64,000 bases of DNA from Candidatus Zixiibacteriota bacterium (GCA_037441845.1 JBBIRK010000004.1:1-64000), one strand, 5' to 3'; numbered from the stretch's first letter, positions 8,912 to 20,321 are shown. The notes: generated by a model not told the origin, from the letters alone. Program-made: numbers and translations.

Positions 8912-9166
8912 TTACTTGGCGGCTGCTTTTCGGGCCAGTTTCGCCAACCGCGATTTGATACGGGCCGCCTTATTTTTGGCGTAGACACCGCGGGCTGCGG
9001 CCTTATCGACCAAGCTTGCCACTATTTTCATTTTCTCGGGCGATTTGTCGCTATCGGCGCGGAAATCTTTTACCGCTCTACGGGCGGCCGAGATATAGCG
9101 TCGGTTGCGTATCGCCGAGCGGCGGGATGTCTTCATTCTTTTTTTGGCGGATTTATGTTGGGGCAA
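8912..9166 (-). CDS. rpsT: 30S ribosomal protein S20
   Basis: MPQHKSAKKR...DKAAARGVYAKNKAARIKSRL. Confidence 0.95.
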   Translation of the reverse strand: MPQHKSAKKRMKTSRRSAIRNRRYISAARRAVKDFRADSDKSPEKMKIVASLVDKAAARGVYAKNKAARIKSRLAKLARKAAAK

Positions 9167-9245
9167 ATGAAACTCCTTTATTTGAACTTCTTAAATTTCA
9201 ACCACAATCAATTTACCGGGCACTAATATATTCACGGCGGTCGGC

Positions 9246-10826
9246 ATGTCAAATAGTTTTACGGAAAACGGGATAGCGGCCAGGGGCGACAGTTTTATCC
9301 GGCGCACTCTGCGGTTTTCCTTTTCCACCGTTATATCGCGTTTGTTGGGGCTGGTGAGGGAACAGGTATTTTCGCATTATTTCGGGGCGGGGGCGGTGGT
9401 CGATGCTTTCAACGCCGCATTTAGAATTCCCAATCTGCTGCGCGATTTTTTCGCCGAGGGAGCGCTGTCGGCCGCCTATGTGCCGGTGTTTTCGCAAAAG
9501 CTGAAAAACGAGGGATTGCAGAAAGCTTTCGCGCTGACCTCGAGCGTTCTTTCGCTGCTGCTTATTCTGCTGGGGACGATAAGTCTGATCGGCATGCTGC
9601 TTTCGCCGTATCTCGTCAGAATCATTGCTCCCGGATTCGCCGACACCGCCGGGCAAGCGGAATTGACCGCGGAAATGACGAGAATCATGTTTCCGTTTTT
9701 GCTGTTCGTGGCGCTGGCGGCGGCGGCGATGGGGACTTTGAATTGTTTCGGTCGATTCGGAATTCCCGCATTGGCGCCTGCGGGTTTCAATCTGGCATCG
9801 ATAGCGGCCGGGATATTTTTCCGCGGATATTTCGATCCGCCGATTTTGGTGATGGCCTGGGGCGCGCTTGTCGGCGGAGTATTGCAGCTGGCGATTCAAT
9901 GGCCGCAGTTGTATTCTCTCGGATTTCGTTTTCGGTTCAAGGTTGATTTGCGCGACCCCGCGGTCGGCGCGATCGTTCGGCTGATGGGTCCGGCGGCGAT
10001 AGGCGTGGCCGCAGCCCAGTTGAATATCGTCATCGGCACGATACTGGCATCGCTGTTGCCCACGGGAAGTATAGCCTATTTGAATTACGCATTTAGGCTG
10101 ATGCATTTCCCGCTGGGGGTTTTCGGTGTGGCCGTGGCCACGGTATCGCTTCCGAAATTGTCCAAAGATGCGGCGGTCGGCGATAGGAACGAGCTTCTGG
10201 CAAGCTATATAAGCTCGTGCAAAATTCAAAGCAGCTTGTTGCTGCCGTCGGCTTTGTTCCTGTTCGTGGGGGCGCGTCCGATCTGCGCGTTGATTTATCA
10301 ACACGGCTTGTTCGGCTGGCAGGATACGATAAATGCGGCATCGGCCCTGCAAGCATATAGCGCCGGATTGCTGTTTTTCGGAATGGTGCGTCTTTCGGCG
10401 CAGGTTTTTTATGCGTTCAAAGATACGGCCACGCCGGTGAAAGTATCGGCATCGGCGGTGGCGGTGAACATCGGGGCGAGTCTGTTGTTGATGAGACCGC
10501 TGGGATTCGTGGGCCTGGCGCTGGCACCGGCTCTGGCCGCGCTATTCAATCTGAGCGTCTTGAATTATCTGATCGGGCGGAAAATCGGTCCACCCGACTA
10601 TACTGCGCTGACCGCCCACGTGGTCAAATGTCTGGCGGCCTCATTGACGGCGGCGGCGGCGTTTTATCTGATCCTGCTTAATGCCGGGGCTTACTCCACG
10701 TATCACGGGGCGATACCCACCATAAGGATATTGATCTCGGCCGGAGCCGCGTTCCTGCTGATTTACGGCGGGATCGGCTATGTTCTGAAAATCTTCCGCC
10801 GCGGAAATGCATTTGATCAGCGATGA
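9246..10826 (+). CDS. murJ: Lipid II flippase MurJ (MviN)
   Basis: SRLLGLVRE, DAFNAAFRIPNLLRDFFAEGALSAAYVP; many TM helices; exact start uncertain. Confidence 0.93.
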   Translation: MSNSFTENGIAARGDSFIRRTLRFSFSTVISRLLGLVREQVFSHYFGAGAVVDAFNAAFRIPNLLRDFFAEGALSAAYVPVFSQKLKNEGLQKAFALTSSVLSLLLILLGTISLIGMLLSPYLVRIIAPGFADTAGQAELTAEMTRIMFPFLLFVALAAAAMGTLNCFGRFGIPALAPAGFNLASIAAGIFFRGYFDPPILVMAWGALVGGVLQLAIQWPQLYSLGFRFRFKVDLRDPAVGAIVRLMGPAAIGVAAAQLNIVIGTILASLLPTGSIAYLNYAFRLMHFPLGVFGVAVATVSLPKLSKDAAVGDRNELLASYISSCKIQSSLLLPSALFLFVGARPICALIYQHGLFGWQDTINAASALQAYSAGLLFFGMVRLSAQVFYAFKDTATPVKVSASAVAVNIGASLLLMRPLGFVGLALAPALAALFNLSVLNYLIGRKIGPPDYTALTAHVVKCLAASLTAAAAFYLILLNAGAYSTYHGAIPTIRILISAGAAFLLIYGGIGYVLKIFRRGNAFDQR

Positions 10827-11824
10827 CTGATATCGCAGTAATTCAGACTGCATTCCCGGGCGACCTGATTCTTACCACGCCGGTTTTTCAATCGCTTAAA
10901 GAAGCCGGCCATCGGGTTACGGCGGTGATCAGAGCCGGCAGCGAATCGATTCTCGAAAACAATCCGTATCTCTGTTCGATAATTACATTCGATAAAAAAG
11001 GGGGTGTGGGTGGCTTCTTGAGATGCGTGAATGAATTGAATAAGAGGCGTTGCGATGTGGCGATCATAGCGCAAAAACATCTGCGCAGTGTTCTTCTGGC
11101 GATCTACGCCGGAATCGAACGCAGGATAGGATTCGACAGCGCCCCCGGTGGATTCGCCTATACCGATATAGTTCCATTCGATAGATCGGCCCATGCGGTG
11201 GTGAGGTATCTATCGCTTTGCGCGGGATTTTCCGCAACGGGAGGCTTATCGCCCCGGATATTCGTCTCCGAAAATCATGTTCGAACGGTAAATCGGTTAT
11301 TGAGCGAAAAAGGAATTTCAGCCGATCGTTTGATCGCTTTGGCCCCGGGGTCGATTTGGAACACCAAGAGATGGCCGTTTTTCAAAGAGCTTGCCGAGTT
11401 GATCATCGAAGAAAGTGAATTCGATCTGGCGGTGATAGGCGGCAAAGATGACATCTGGATAGGGGAGCAGATAGCTTCCGCTTTTCCGAATCGGGCGATA
11501 ACTTTTGCGGGCAGACTTACGTTGATCGAATCGGCGGCGGCGATCGGCATGGCGGAACTGGCGGTAACCAACGATTCGGCGCCGGCGCACATGGCCGCGG
11601 CCGTGGGGACGCCACTGATTGCGATATTCGGGCCGACGGTTCCCGCTTTCGGATTCACGCCCTTTTCCGATAAAGCGATCGTGATCGAAAACAAGGGGTT
11701 GTATTGCCGTCCCTGCAGTTCTCACGGTCCTCAGCGTTGCCCGGAGAAACATTTTTATTGCATGCGGGGGATCAAGCCATCGGTGGTTTGGCAAGCGGCG
11801 CGAAAACTACTTGGCATCGCTTGA
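10823..11824 (+). CDS. GT9 family LPS heptosyltransferase (WaaF-like)
   Basis: QTAFPGDLILTTP, APGSIWNTKRW, NDSAPAHMAAA.GTP.IAIFGPT. Confidence 0.88.
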   Translation: MTDIAVIQTAFPGDLILTTPVFQSLKEAGHRVTAVIRAGSESILENNPYLCSIITFDKKGGVGGFLRCVNELNKRRCDVAIIAQKHLRSVLLAIYAGIERRIGFDSAPGGFAYTDIVPFDRSAHAVVRYLSLCAGFSATGGLSPRIFVSENHVRTVNRLLSEKGISADRLIALAPGSIWNTKRWPFFKELAELIIEESEFDLAVIGGKDDIWIGEQIASAFPNRAITFAGRLTLIESAAAIGMAELAVTNDSAPAHMAAAVGTPLIAIFGPTVPAFGFTPFSDKAIVIENKGLYCRPCSSHGPQRCPEKHFYCMRGIKPSVVWQAARKLLGIA

Positions 11825-11830
11825 TTGCGG

Positions 11831-14125
11831 TTACAATTTTCCACCATAAAGATATTGCCGCAATAGCCTCAGTTTCATTTCCGCTTCTTTGAAATCAGGT
11901 TTAAGCGCTACAGCCTTGGCCAAAAGCGATTCGGCGTCCTCGTATCTTTTAACTTTCCCGAGAGTCAACGCGAAATCGTATAAATACACAGGATTGAGGC
12001 TGTCCATTTTGACTGCTTGGTCGTATTGTTCGATCGCTTTTTCGAATTCGCCGAGCATATCATAGGTCAACGCCAGATTCATCCGGGAATCGGGATCGCT
12101 TGGAGCAAGTTGCAGGGAACCCAGAAAATATTCTTTGGCTTTTTCGTAATCTCCGCGGCCGGCCGCCAACACGCCGAGCCGGAAAAGAGATTTCGCTTTC
12201 ATCTTGACGGGATTATACCCATAAGGCATGGAGGCCGAGTAGATATCGGAAAGATCATATTCCGAAACCAAATCCTGATCTGCCGCCTCGGCAGCGCGTC
12301 GGTATTCATCGGCAGCCTTCTCCAGCAACCCTTTAGTCTCAAGATAATATCCGTGATAATATCTGGCGGCGATATCCTCGGGGAAAGTCTCGGCGAATTC
12401 GAGGATTGATTTTTCGATCAGGTCGGAGCTGTCGGCGGCGAGGGCGGCCAAGATAAGATTTATATAGGCCTCGCGGTAGTTGGGAAACGCTTTCACGGCG
12501 CTGTCGGCTGTCGCATAGGCAGCCAGATAATCGTGGTTCAACCGTTTGAGAAGCGAGAGGTTATTATAGGCCTTACCCGAGGGACCGCAAGAGTTGATTT
12601 CCATTTCGAATTCCCGTCTGGCGGTGGCGGTATCGCCACTGTAGAATGCGATCACCCCCAGGTTGGTATGGGCGTGGGGCACGCAAGGGGCCGATTCGAT
12701 CGCCCGGCGGTACTCGGCGGCCGCCCGATCGTAATCACCTTTTTTCAAGAAAACGTTGCCGAGCGAGTAGTGAGCCAGAGCGTCGTTCGTGTCATGGTGG
12801 CGGTAGAAGTCGCTCCAGCAAAATATGCCGACGAATATCACCGCGCCGCCTAAAAGGGCGAAACGACGGCGATCGTCGTTGCGGGCGGCGGCGACGATTT
12901 CGTATAGGGCATGGGAGGCGCAAATCGTCAAAAGCGGCACTATAGGCAAGCGAAAGCGGTCGGTCACGAAAAAGGCGATCACCGTCAGCGAGTAGGCGAA
13001 TATGGTCAGGCCCAAAAGCCGCCGCGGCCCGGGGCGGATCAAGCTATCCACGGCGCCGACGAAACCCAGCGGCCCGATCAACGAAAACAGGAAAAGGGGG
13101 ATGAAAGTCAAGCCGACATAACGCGTCACGAAATACAGGCTGTTGTTGTTGGAGATTTCGTAGTAATTCCAGAACAGATAGGTTTTCTTGACAGTCAATT
13201 TGATGAATTCGATCGGTTTTTCCCGGATGAATTTCCAGGCCTTGGCGGAAAAGTAATCGGAGACCTGTGACGGTTTCAAATCGCCGGGTCTTAGGCCCTG
13301 CGCCGCGGCCGCTTCGAATTCGGCATCGGAGTATTGCCAGGTGTGCCCTTTGCCGGGCAGAAGAGCCGTCTTGCCGTCGGCTTGCTCGTTGTTGCCGATA
13401 TAAAAGTTGATCCCACCCTGACTGGCGATTAGGACGAAATCGCCGCCGACAAGCAGGTTCCTTGCAGTCACCGGCGCGATAATCAATATGGCGCCGGCCA
13501 GAAAAACCAGGCTGCGCTTGATTTTGCTTTTTATGCCGGTTTGCCGCAGATAAATCCAGCCGACGAACAGCGGAATCAGCGCCAAGACGTTCGGCCGGGT
13601 TATGGCGAACAGCCCACAAAACAGGCCGGCCCAGAAGAGGTTTTTCGTGGCATCGCTTGTCCGGGCTCTTATGAGAAATAAAAGAATGAGCAAAAGAAAA
13701 AACGGGGTTAGAAAATCCAAAAGCAGCTGCAGCTCGAAAAATATAAGCACCCCGTTTATGGCTACCAACGCCGCGGAAAGGATGGCGATACGCTCGTCGA
13801 ATAGACGCCGGGCCAGAAAATATGTCAGGGCTGTGGTGCCAACCCCGATAAGAATCTGAATCAGAAAGACGGCCACGAAATCGGTTCCGAATAACATATA
13901 GAGGGCCGCCAAAAAGTATGGATAAAACGGCGCCCGGAAAAAAGGGCCGCCTGACAACAGGTCTCCGCCGGCTATCCTCTGTGCCCATACGTGATGATAT
14001 AAGGCATCGATGGAGGGAGTGTCGAATCCGGGCCACTTGGCTTTCAGCACTATCAGAAATATGAGTCTCAGGGCGAACGCCGCAGCCAGAATCGCTATCA
14101 GCCAATATACAGCAGGTTTACGCAT
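11831..14125 (-). CDS. GT-C fold (PMT/ArnT-like) membrane glycosyltransferase with C-terminal TPR repeats
   Basis: DALYH...RAPFYPYFLA, multiple TM helices, RFRLP motif, then TPR repeats (AHYSLGNVF, AHTNLGV). Confidence 0.8.
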   Translation of the reverse strand: MRKPAVYWLIAILAAAFALRLIFLIVLKAKWPGFDTPSIDALYHHVWAQRIAGGDLLSGGPFFRAPFYPYFLAALYMLFGTDFVAVFLIQILIGVGTTALTYFLARRLFDERIAILSAALVAINGVLIFFELQLLLDFLTPFFLLLILLFLIRARTSDATKNLFWAGLFCGLFAITRPNVLALIPLFVGWIYLRQTGIKSKIKRSLVFLAGAILIIAPVTARNLLVGGDFVLIASQGGINFYIGNNEQADGKTALLPGKGHTWQYSDAEFEAAAAQGLRPGDLKPSQVSDYFSAKAWKFIREKPIEFIKLTVKKTYLFWNYYEISNNNSLYFVTRYVGLTFIPLFLFSLIGPLGFVGAVDSLIRPGPRRLLGLTIFAYSLTVIAFFVTDRFRLPIVPLLTICASHALYEIVAAARNDDRRRFALLGGAVIFVGIFCWSDFYRHHDTNDALAHYSLGNVFLKKGDYDRAAAEYRRAIESAPCVPHAHTNLGVIAFYSGDTATARREFEMEINSCGPSGKAYNNLSLLKRLNHDYLAAYATADSAVKAFPNYREAYINLILAALAADSSDLIEKSILEFAETFPEDIAARYYHGYYLETKGLLEKAADEYRRAAEAADQDLVSEYDLSDIYSASMPYGYNPVKMKAKSLFRLGVLAAGRGDYEKAKEYFLGSLQLAPSDPDSRMNLALTYDMLGEFEKAIEQYDQAVKMDSLNPVYLYDFALTLGKVKRYEDAESLLAKAVALKPDFKEAEMKLRLLRQYLYGGKL

Positions 14126-14443
14126 CGGGAAGAATAATACACGATTAACGGCGCCGGTCGCTATGAAAAAAAATGCAGATTTAGGGAATGTTTGTTCAAT
14201 AAATCGCTATTTCTATTATGGGCAATCCTCGCACTTCCCGCGTGGAGTTCTTAACCGGTTGCAGGCAGGTAATTTATTGAAGCGGGATGGGCGTTATTAT
14301 TGTTGAACTAAAAAGGGCTTATCGGGCATGCAATTTGACATTTTGCCTGGAGATATTATTATCTTGTTTTTGGTGCGGGATCGCTATATTTACTTACCAG
14401 TGGCGAGGATAATAAAAAAACGAAAGATAAAGGGAGTTCCAAG

Positions 14444-17400
14444 ATGAAAGTTTTGCTTATAGTCGCGCTTGCGGCAATGTTGGGTCTGACAGCCTATGCC
14501 GATGATTTTGTGCCGACGGCGCTCGATGAAAACGGCGGCTATTACGCCACCGACCGCCTGGTGATCACGCTCAAGCCAGGCGTCGAACCTCTGCTCATGG
14601 GGCAGACGGTGGCCGGCCAGGTGTTCACCGGAAACGCCATGATCGATCTGCTCTGCGCCCAGAACGGAGTCAAACAAATCGAACCGTTCTACGCCGCCAA
14701 GGTCAGAAACGAGCTGCTTCGCTCGCTGGTTGAACGGTTGTATATATTTCGCTTGGCCGAGGGCGTGGATGCTATCGACGTCTATCGTAATTTCGCTGCT
14801 TGTTCGGATGTCGAGGCCAGCGATCTGTATGTTATCCCGGTGCCGCTTTATACGCCGAACGATCCGAGTATCGGCCAGCAGTGGGCATTGACGAAAGTCA
14901 GGGCGTTTCAAGCCTGGGATGTCATCAGGGGAGACTCAACGCGTCATGCGGTGATTTCGATCAACGATACCGGCGTTTACTGGAATCATCCCGACCTTGC
15001 CGCGAACATATGGATAAACCCCGGCGAAGACATAAATCATAACGGCATTTTCGATACGGCCGACAATAACGGAATCGATGACGACAATAATTCCTATGTC
15101 GATGATGTGGTGGGTTACGATCTCGGTCAAAACGACAACAACCCGAACGAGATTACGCCTACTCACGGCACCCATGTTGCCGGCTGCGCCGCCGAAGTCG
15201 CCGACAACGGCGTGGGTGGAGCGGGTCTCGGCTACAGCGCCCGGATTCAATGTGTCAAAATAACCAATTCGGCAGGCCAGTTGACCATGGGCTATCAGGG
15301 CATGATTTACGCCGCCGATAACGGCGCCCATATAATCAACCTCTCCTGGGGGTCACCGTCGTATACTTCTTACGGTCAAAGCGTATGCACATACACGTTC
15401 AACGCCGGCGTACTGAATGTCGGCGCCGCCGGCAACGACGATTACTGGACGCCGCCGTATAATAATTATCCTTCGGCATACTCCGGCGTCACCGCCGTCG
15501 CGGCCACCGATCCGAACGATCACAAGACGAGTTTTTCCAACTACAATTACTGGGTCGATCTTTGCGCGCCGGGTTCGGCGATTTATTCGACCTGGGCGAC
15601 CTCCAGTTACAGCAGTGAATCGGGCACCTCGATGTCGTCTCCTATAGTGGCCGGTCTGGCTGCTTTGCTGAAAGCCCAAAATCAGAGCTGGGGTCCGATA
15701 GAGCTCGAGGAACGGATGATGGCCACGGCGGTAAATATCGATTCCTTGAATCCGAGCTATGCCGGGCGTCTGGGGGCCGGCCGGATCGATGCCTATGCGG
15801 CGCTGGCGGCCGGGCGATACCCGTATATCGTCCTGGTAAACCACACGGAAAGCCTGACCTCGGACGACGGCGACGGTGTAGTCAATCCCGGGGAATCGAT
15901 CACCATTACGATTACTCTGCTCAATTACTGGGCCGACGGCCACGACGTGGTCGCGAAGCTGCGGGGACCGGCCGGGATAACAATTCAGGATTCGATTTCC
16001 TATTTCGGGACGTTCCCCGGCGACAGCACCCAAATAACCAATTCCCAGGACCAATTCGGCTTGACATTCGACCAAGCGATTCTACCGGGACAATATGACT
16101 TGACTCTGGCGATCACCTCGACCGATCCTTATTATACCGAGATCGTCTTTCCGGTCGGAGTTACGTTGGAGAAGGCGGGCTTTCCGCTTTCGATCCCCGA
16201 TGCCATAGAATCGAGTCCGTTGATATTCGATGTCAACGGCGACGGCATCAAGGAATTGATTTTCGGCGCCAACGATCAAAAGTTGTATGTTATCGAGCCC
16301 GACGGGAGCAATTTGACCGGTTGGCCCATCGAGATCGCCGATGATATCAGCGGCGGCGCGGCCGTGGGCGATATCGATAACGACGGCTCGTTCGAAATCG
16401 TAACCGCCGCGCGCAACGGGGATATTCACGCCTGGGACGTGAACGGTTCACCGCAAACGGGATTCCCGGTGGCGACGGGAGGATCGATATACGCTGTGCC
16501 CGTGCTGGGGGATCTCGACCACAACGGGGATCTCGAGATAATCGTCACTAATTTTACCAACAAGCAGATACTCATATTGAATCATGATGGGACGGCTTTC
16601 CGCAACTGGCCCTATACCGGGGCCCAAGGATTTTATGGCTCGGTGGCTTTGGGCGATTTCAACGATGACGATTCGCTGGAAATAGTGGCCGGCGATTTCG
16701 ACAACAAAGTGCACATGTTCGATATAAACAAGACGGAGTTGACCGGCTGGCCGGTTACGGTCAACGGTCGGGTATGGGGCGCGCCGGCGATAGGCGACGT
16801 AGAACATTCCGACGATAATTTGGAAATCGCGGTGGCTACTTTCGCCGGTTCGGTTTATCTTCTGAACCACGATGGAAGCGTGGTGAGCGGCTGGCCCGTT
16901 TCCGCCGGAAACAATCTTCGCAACACCCCGATTTTGGCCGATATCGGCAGCGACGGACATCCGGAGGTGCTTATCGGCGGCGGCAACAGCAATTTGTATG
17001 TTTTCAATTCCAATGGAATTTCGGCGCCCGGATTCCCGGTGACTTTGGTGGCGCCGTTCCGCAATTCGCCGGTTGTGGGCGATATTTCCGGCGACGGCTA
17101 CCCCGACATCATCGCCGCCGTCGGTTCATCGACGACCCTCATCTATGGATTCGATCGGCAGGGGCAGCTTCTGCGCAATTTCCCCATGCCGGCCGGAACG
17201 GTGGGCACGGTGGTCGGCACGCCGGCTATATGGGATTTCGATGGTGACGGTGATATGGAGATAGTGGTGGCGGTGCAATCGACCGGCGCCAATCTCGATG
17301 TTATCGACTATAAGGTGCAAATATCGCTTGTGGATATCGAATGGCCGTTCTTCGGCAACGACGTTTACCGATCGAGCAACTATGTTCCATTCCAAAGCGA

Positions 17401-17707
17401 TATTTCCGACGATGACGAGCGGTTGCCGCTGCAATTCGGACTCGCTCAGAATTATCCGAATCCGTTCAACAGCAGCACGGTTATAAGTTTCAGTCTTGCC
17501 GAGCCGGCGACGGTGAATCTGACCATTTACGATATGCTCGGAAGGCAGGTTCGTGCCTTTACCAATGAATCGCAGGGGGCGGGATTGCAGCGCATTGCCT
17601 GGGACGGGCGCGATTCCGATGGGCAGGCGGTTTCCTCGGGGATTTATTTCTACCGACTTAAGGCCGGCGATAAGACTGAATCGCGTAGGATGATGCTGTT
17701 AAGGTAG
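14444..17707 (+). CDS. Secreted S8 serine peptidase with FG-GAP-like repeats and C-terminal sorting (FlgD-Ig/T9SS type A-like) domain
   Basis: Triad motifs NDTG, HGTHVAG, GTSMSSP; GDxDxDG...GWP repeats; QNYPNPFN...SGIYFYRL. Confidence 0.92.
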   Translation: MKVLLIVALAAMLGLTAYADDFVPTALDENGGYYATDRLVITLKPGVEPLLMGQTVAGQVFTGNAMIDLLCAQNGVKQIEPFYAAKVRNELLRSLVERLYIFRLAEGVDAIDVYRNFAACSDVEASDLYVIPVPLYTPNDPSIGQQWALTKVRAFQAWDVIRGDSTRHAVISINDTGVYWNHPDLAANIWINPGEDINHNGIFDTADNNGIDDDNNSYVDDVVGYDLGQNDNNPNEITPTHGTHVAGCAAEVADNGVGGAGLGYSARIQCVKITNSAGQLTMGYQGMIYAADNGAHIINLSWGSPSYTSYGQSVCTYTFNAGVLNVGAAGNDDYWTPPYNNYPSAYSGVTAVAATDPNDHKTSFSNYNYWVDLCAPGSAIYSTWATSSYSSESGTSMSSPIVAGLAALLKAQNQSWGPIELEERMMATAVNIDSLNPSYAGRLGAGRIDAYAALAAGRYPYIVLVNHTESLTSDDGDGVVNPGESITITITLLNYWADGHDVVAKLRGPAGITIQDSISYFGTFPGDSTQITNSQDQFGLTFDQAILPGQYDLTLAITSTDPYYTEIVFPVGVTLEKAGFPLSIPDAIESSPLIFDVNGDGIKELIFGANDQKLYVIEPDGSNLTGWPIEIADDISGGAAVGDIDNDGSFEIVTAARNGDIHAWDVNGSPQTGFPVATGGSIYAVPVLGDLDHNGDLEIIVTNFTNKQILILNHDGTAFRNWPYTGAQGFYGSVALGDFNDDDSLEIVAGDFDNKVHMFDINKTELTGWPVTVNGRVWGAPAIGDVEHSDDNLEIAVATFAGSVYLLNHDGSVVSGWPVSAGNNLRNTPILADIGSDGHPEVLIGGGNSNLYVFNSNGISAPGFPVTLVAPFRNSPVVGDISGDGYPDIIAAVGSSTTLIYGFDRQGQLLRNFPMPAGTVGTVVGTPAIWDFDGDGDMEIVVAVQSTGANLDVIDYKVQISLVDIEWPFFGNDVYRSSNYVPFQSDISDDDERLPLQFGLAQNYPNPFNSSTVISFSLAEPATVNLTIYDMLGRQVRAFTNESQGAGLQRIAWDGRDSDGQAVSSGIYFYRLKAGDKTESRRMMLLR

Positions 17708-17728
17708 TTAATCTGCGATGGTTGATTG

Positions 17729-17762
17729 AAATTCCCCCGTCAACTCTCGGGGGAATTTTTTT
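17729..17762 (+). terminator. Rho-independent terminator
   Basis: aaattcccccg-N8-cgggggaattt plus T-run. Confidence 0.85.
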
Positions 17763-18389
17763 ACGCTGAAGATCTGTTCGGTTGGCCGGCCGAGGTGCGG
17801 CCGTCATTTATGCGAAGACGAAGACCGGGCCGGTTTGTCGGCGATTTGCGTTCTTTACGGTCAGAATCGTATTTGGGTCGATCTGTTTGCATGAATCCGG
17901 CGAAGGCCTTATAATGTAAAGCATTCGTGGTTTCGGCAACCCCTCTTCTCGTTGGAATCTTATAATTAGTCATTTTGATGGTTTATAGAATTTTGAGGCG
18001 GGAACTTTTCCAGGCGTTTAATTTTGGCAAAAATTATGATATAATAAAGATTGATTTTGGGAATAAGCTACGGGGAGGTTTGTATTTTAATTATAGGGGC
18101 ATTGATTGGCAGAGACTTAGGTGAGACTTTATCCTCTTTTTGGGGCGAAATAACTTGACTTTTATGTGCATTTGATTAAATTTAATTGACTAAGACCATG
18201 CAAAATATTGCGGAATTTCTTATCGCAATAGGGATTGGTATTTTCGAAGAAAATTCAGTTGATTGATGACTTTTAAACAATTAGACACAAGCCCGGGGGC
18301 TATGCGGTTCCCAAATTAAGGAGGTGCTTGAAGGTAAGTTTTAATTGATAGGTTGGAGATTTTAATAATAATCAGGAGGTTTTAAACAA

Positions 18390-20264
18390 ATGAAAAAGCT
18401 AGTGGTTTTTGTCTTCGTTCTGGCCGCGGCGATGACAGCAAGTGCGGCGCAGAACACTTTCATGGCGCCGATACTGCCTGTGCCCGCCGATTCGAGCGCG
18501 CGTCCGGACAGTTTCGGTTACACCTGGGTCGATAACGACAACGGCGGCAGCCCGGTGTATCGCTGGGTTGACATTTCCCAGATCGGTATCGACGTTCAGG
18601 GTTTGCAGGACGACAATGTTTTGGGGCCGTTCCAGATCGGTTTCGATTTCCCCTATTACTGGTACACGGTCAATCGTTTCTTCTTGGGCTCGAACGGCTA
18701 TATCTCGTTCTCCTCGAACGCCCTGTATGCTCAGCAGTTCGCGGTGATTCCGTCGCCATTGCAGCCGAACGACCTGGTGGCGCCGTTGGCCGGCGATATC
18801 GATTTCACCGACTTAAGCAGCAATCCGCATTGCTATTTTTACACCAACAACGTCGATTCGATGGTGGTGTCGTGGGTGAATGTGCGTGAGTGGGATAGGC
18901 CGACATCATCGCACACGTTCCAACTTATTCTGACCAAAGCTGATTCGGCGATCACATTCCAGTATGGCGTACAGATCGGTAATTTCGACAATCAGAACGG
19001 CACTCCGACCTATTCTTCGCAGATCGGTATCGAGGACCTTTTGGGCCGCAATGGATTGAATTATATGTCGAACTGGGCTCCGGCTGATAGACGTCCGCAC
19101 GACAGCTTGGTGGTTCGTTTCCATGCCGCTCCGCGGCCGTTCAATTTCACCGATGTCGGGGTTAAGGGAAGCATGAATGCCGGTTCGCAAGGCGTGTTCT
19201 GTCAAATCAACCGGCCGTTTACTCCTAAGGCTCTTATCAAGAACTACGGCACCGTAAGTGTGGCTCCTTTCCAGGTGAATTGCAATATCAAGAAGGGATT
19301 TTTCAATTTTTACAACAAGACTATCACCCTTTCTGATTCTCTGAGACGCGGAGAGGAGGCCTGGGCGATTTTCCCCGATACGATACCCGATTCATCGGCG
19401 ACCGGCAGCGATTTATACTCGGTGATTTTCCGCACTATGTTGACCGATCAATACAGCCCGAATAACCGCGATACCTGCGAGATGCGCTCATTTCAGTTAC
19501 CCGGAGCGGTTATCGGCTATGTGAGTGACACGATCGAGAATTTCGTTTCTTGGCAAGGCGGTAACGGCGGTTGGGCCAATGAATTCGAATTGCCGGTGCC
19601 GGTCTTGATCACCCATATACAGAACGCCATCATGAGCGACGGGACGAACCCTTATTATCTCTATTTCTTGGCCGCCGATGCCAACGGCGAACCCGACGTA
19701 AACAATATCCTCTGGGCGGATACGATTCAGCGCGCGGACACCGCTTGGCTGCAATTCCAGATAACGCCTGCTATCAGGATGCCCGCCAATACGAAGTTCT
19801 TCGTTTCGATGCTTTCCGGCGGCGTGGGGAATTATCAGGGTGTAGATCAGATCGGTCCGTTCTCCTATAGAGGTTGGGAATACACGACTTCGTATGCAAC
19901 CTCACGCGACCGCGATTCGCAGGACGCCGCTTTGAGAGTGGTGGTTGACGAATGGGTCGGAATCGAGGAGACTCCCAATATGCCGGCGGCGTTCCATCTC
20001 CATCAGAACTATCCCAATCCGTTCAACGCCAGCACGGAGATCACTTTCGATATCGCCAAGGCGGGACGGGTGGCGATCGATATTTACAATATCACCGGCC
20101 AGAAGATACGCTCGCTTTTTGACGGCGATGTCAATGCCGGAATCCATCGGATAGTCTGGGACAGCCGCACCGACGACGGCCAGACGGCGGCCTCCGGCGT
20201 ATATTTCTATAAGATGAAGGCGGAGGATCAGATCCAGACGCGCAAGATGGTGATGATCAAGTAG
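18390..20264 (+). CDS. Secreted beta-rich protein with C-terminal sorting domain; no catalytic motif recognised
   Basis: Signal peptide; PDSFGYTW...GFDFPYY...NGYISF N-domain; QNYPNPFN...SGVYFYKM; SD aggagg. Confidence 0.85.
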   Translation: MKKLVVFVFVLAAAMTASAAQNTFMAPILPVPADSSARPDSFGYTWVDNDNGGSPVYRWVDISQIGIDVQGLQDDNVLGPFQIGFDFPYYWYTVNRFFLGSNGYISFSSNALYAQQFAVIPSPLQPNDLVAPLAGDIDFTDLSSNPHCYFYTNNVDSMVVSWVNVREWDRPTSSHTFQLILTKADSAITFQYGVQIGNFDNQNGTPTYSSQIGIEDLLGRNGLNYMSNWAPADRRPHDSLVVRFHAAPRPFNFTDVGVKGSMNAGSQGVFCQINRPFTPKALIKNYGTVSVAPFQVNCNIKKGFFNFYNKTITLSDSLRRGEEAWAIFPDTIPDSSATGSDLYSVIFRTMLTDQYSPNNRDTCEMRSFQLPGAVIGYVSDTIENFVSWQGGNGGWANEFELPVPVLITHIQNAIMSDGTNPYYLYFLAADANGEPDVNNILWADTIQRADTAWLQFQITPAIRMPANTKFFVSMLSGGVGNYQGVDQIGPFSYRGWEYTTSYATSRDRDSQDAALRVVVDEWVGIEETPNMPAAFHLHQNYPNPFNASTEITFDIAKAGRVAIDIYNITGQKIRSLFDGDVNAGIHRIVWDSRTDDGQTAASGVYFYKMKAEDQIQTRKMVMIK

Positions 20265-20286
20265 TTTCTCGAAATTCGATTTCGCG

Positions 20287-20321
20287 GCGCCCCGGGTTTC
20301 CGTATCCGGGGCGCTTTTTTT
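20287..20321 (+). terminator. Rho-independent terminator
   Basis: gcgccccgg...ccggggcgc followed by T7. Confidence 0.85.

Noticed and set aside
9249..10352. 367-aa antisense ORF inside murJ (also 22663-23637, 56647-57627, 59920-60915 and similar)
   Set aside because: Shadow ORFs of well-supported genes in GC-rich DNA; no recognisable motifs
13044..14105. 353-aa alternative-frame ORF within the GT-C/TPR gene
   Set aside because: Arg/Ser/Pro-rich composition typical of off-frame translation; the main frame is intact
14325..14340. Sigma54 promoter before the first S8 protease
   Set aside because: GG-N10-GA lacks the -12 GC; an overlapping TTGACA...TATTAT sigma70 promoter explains the site
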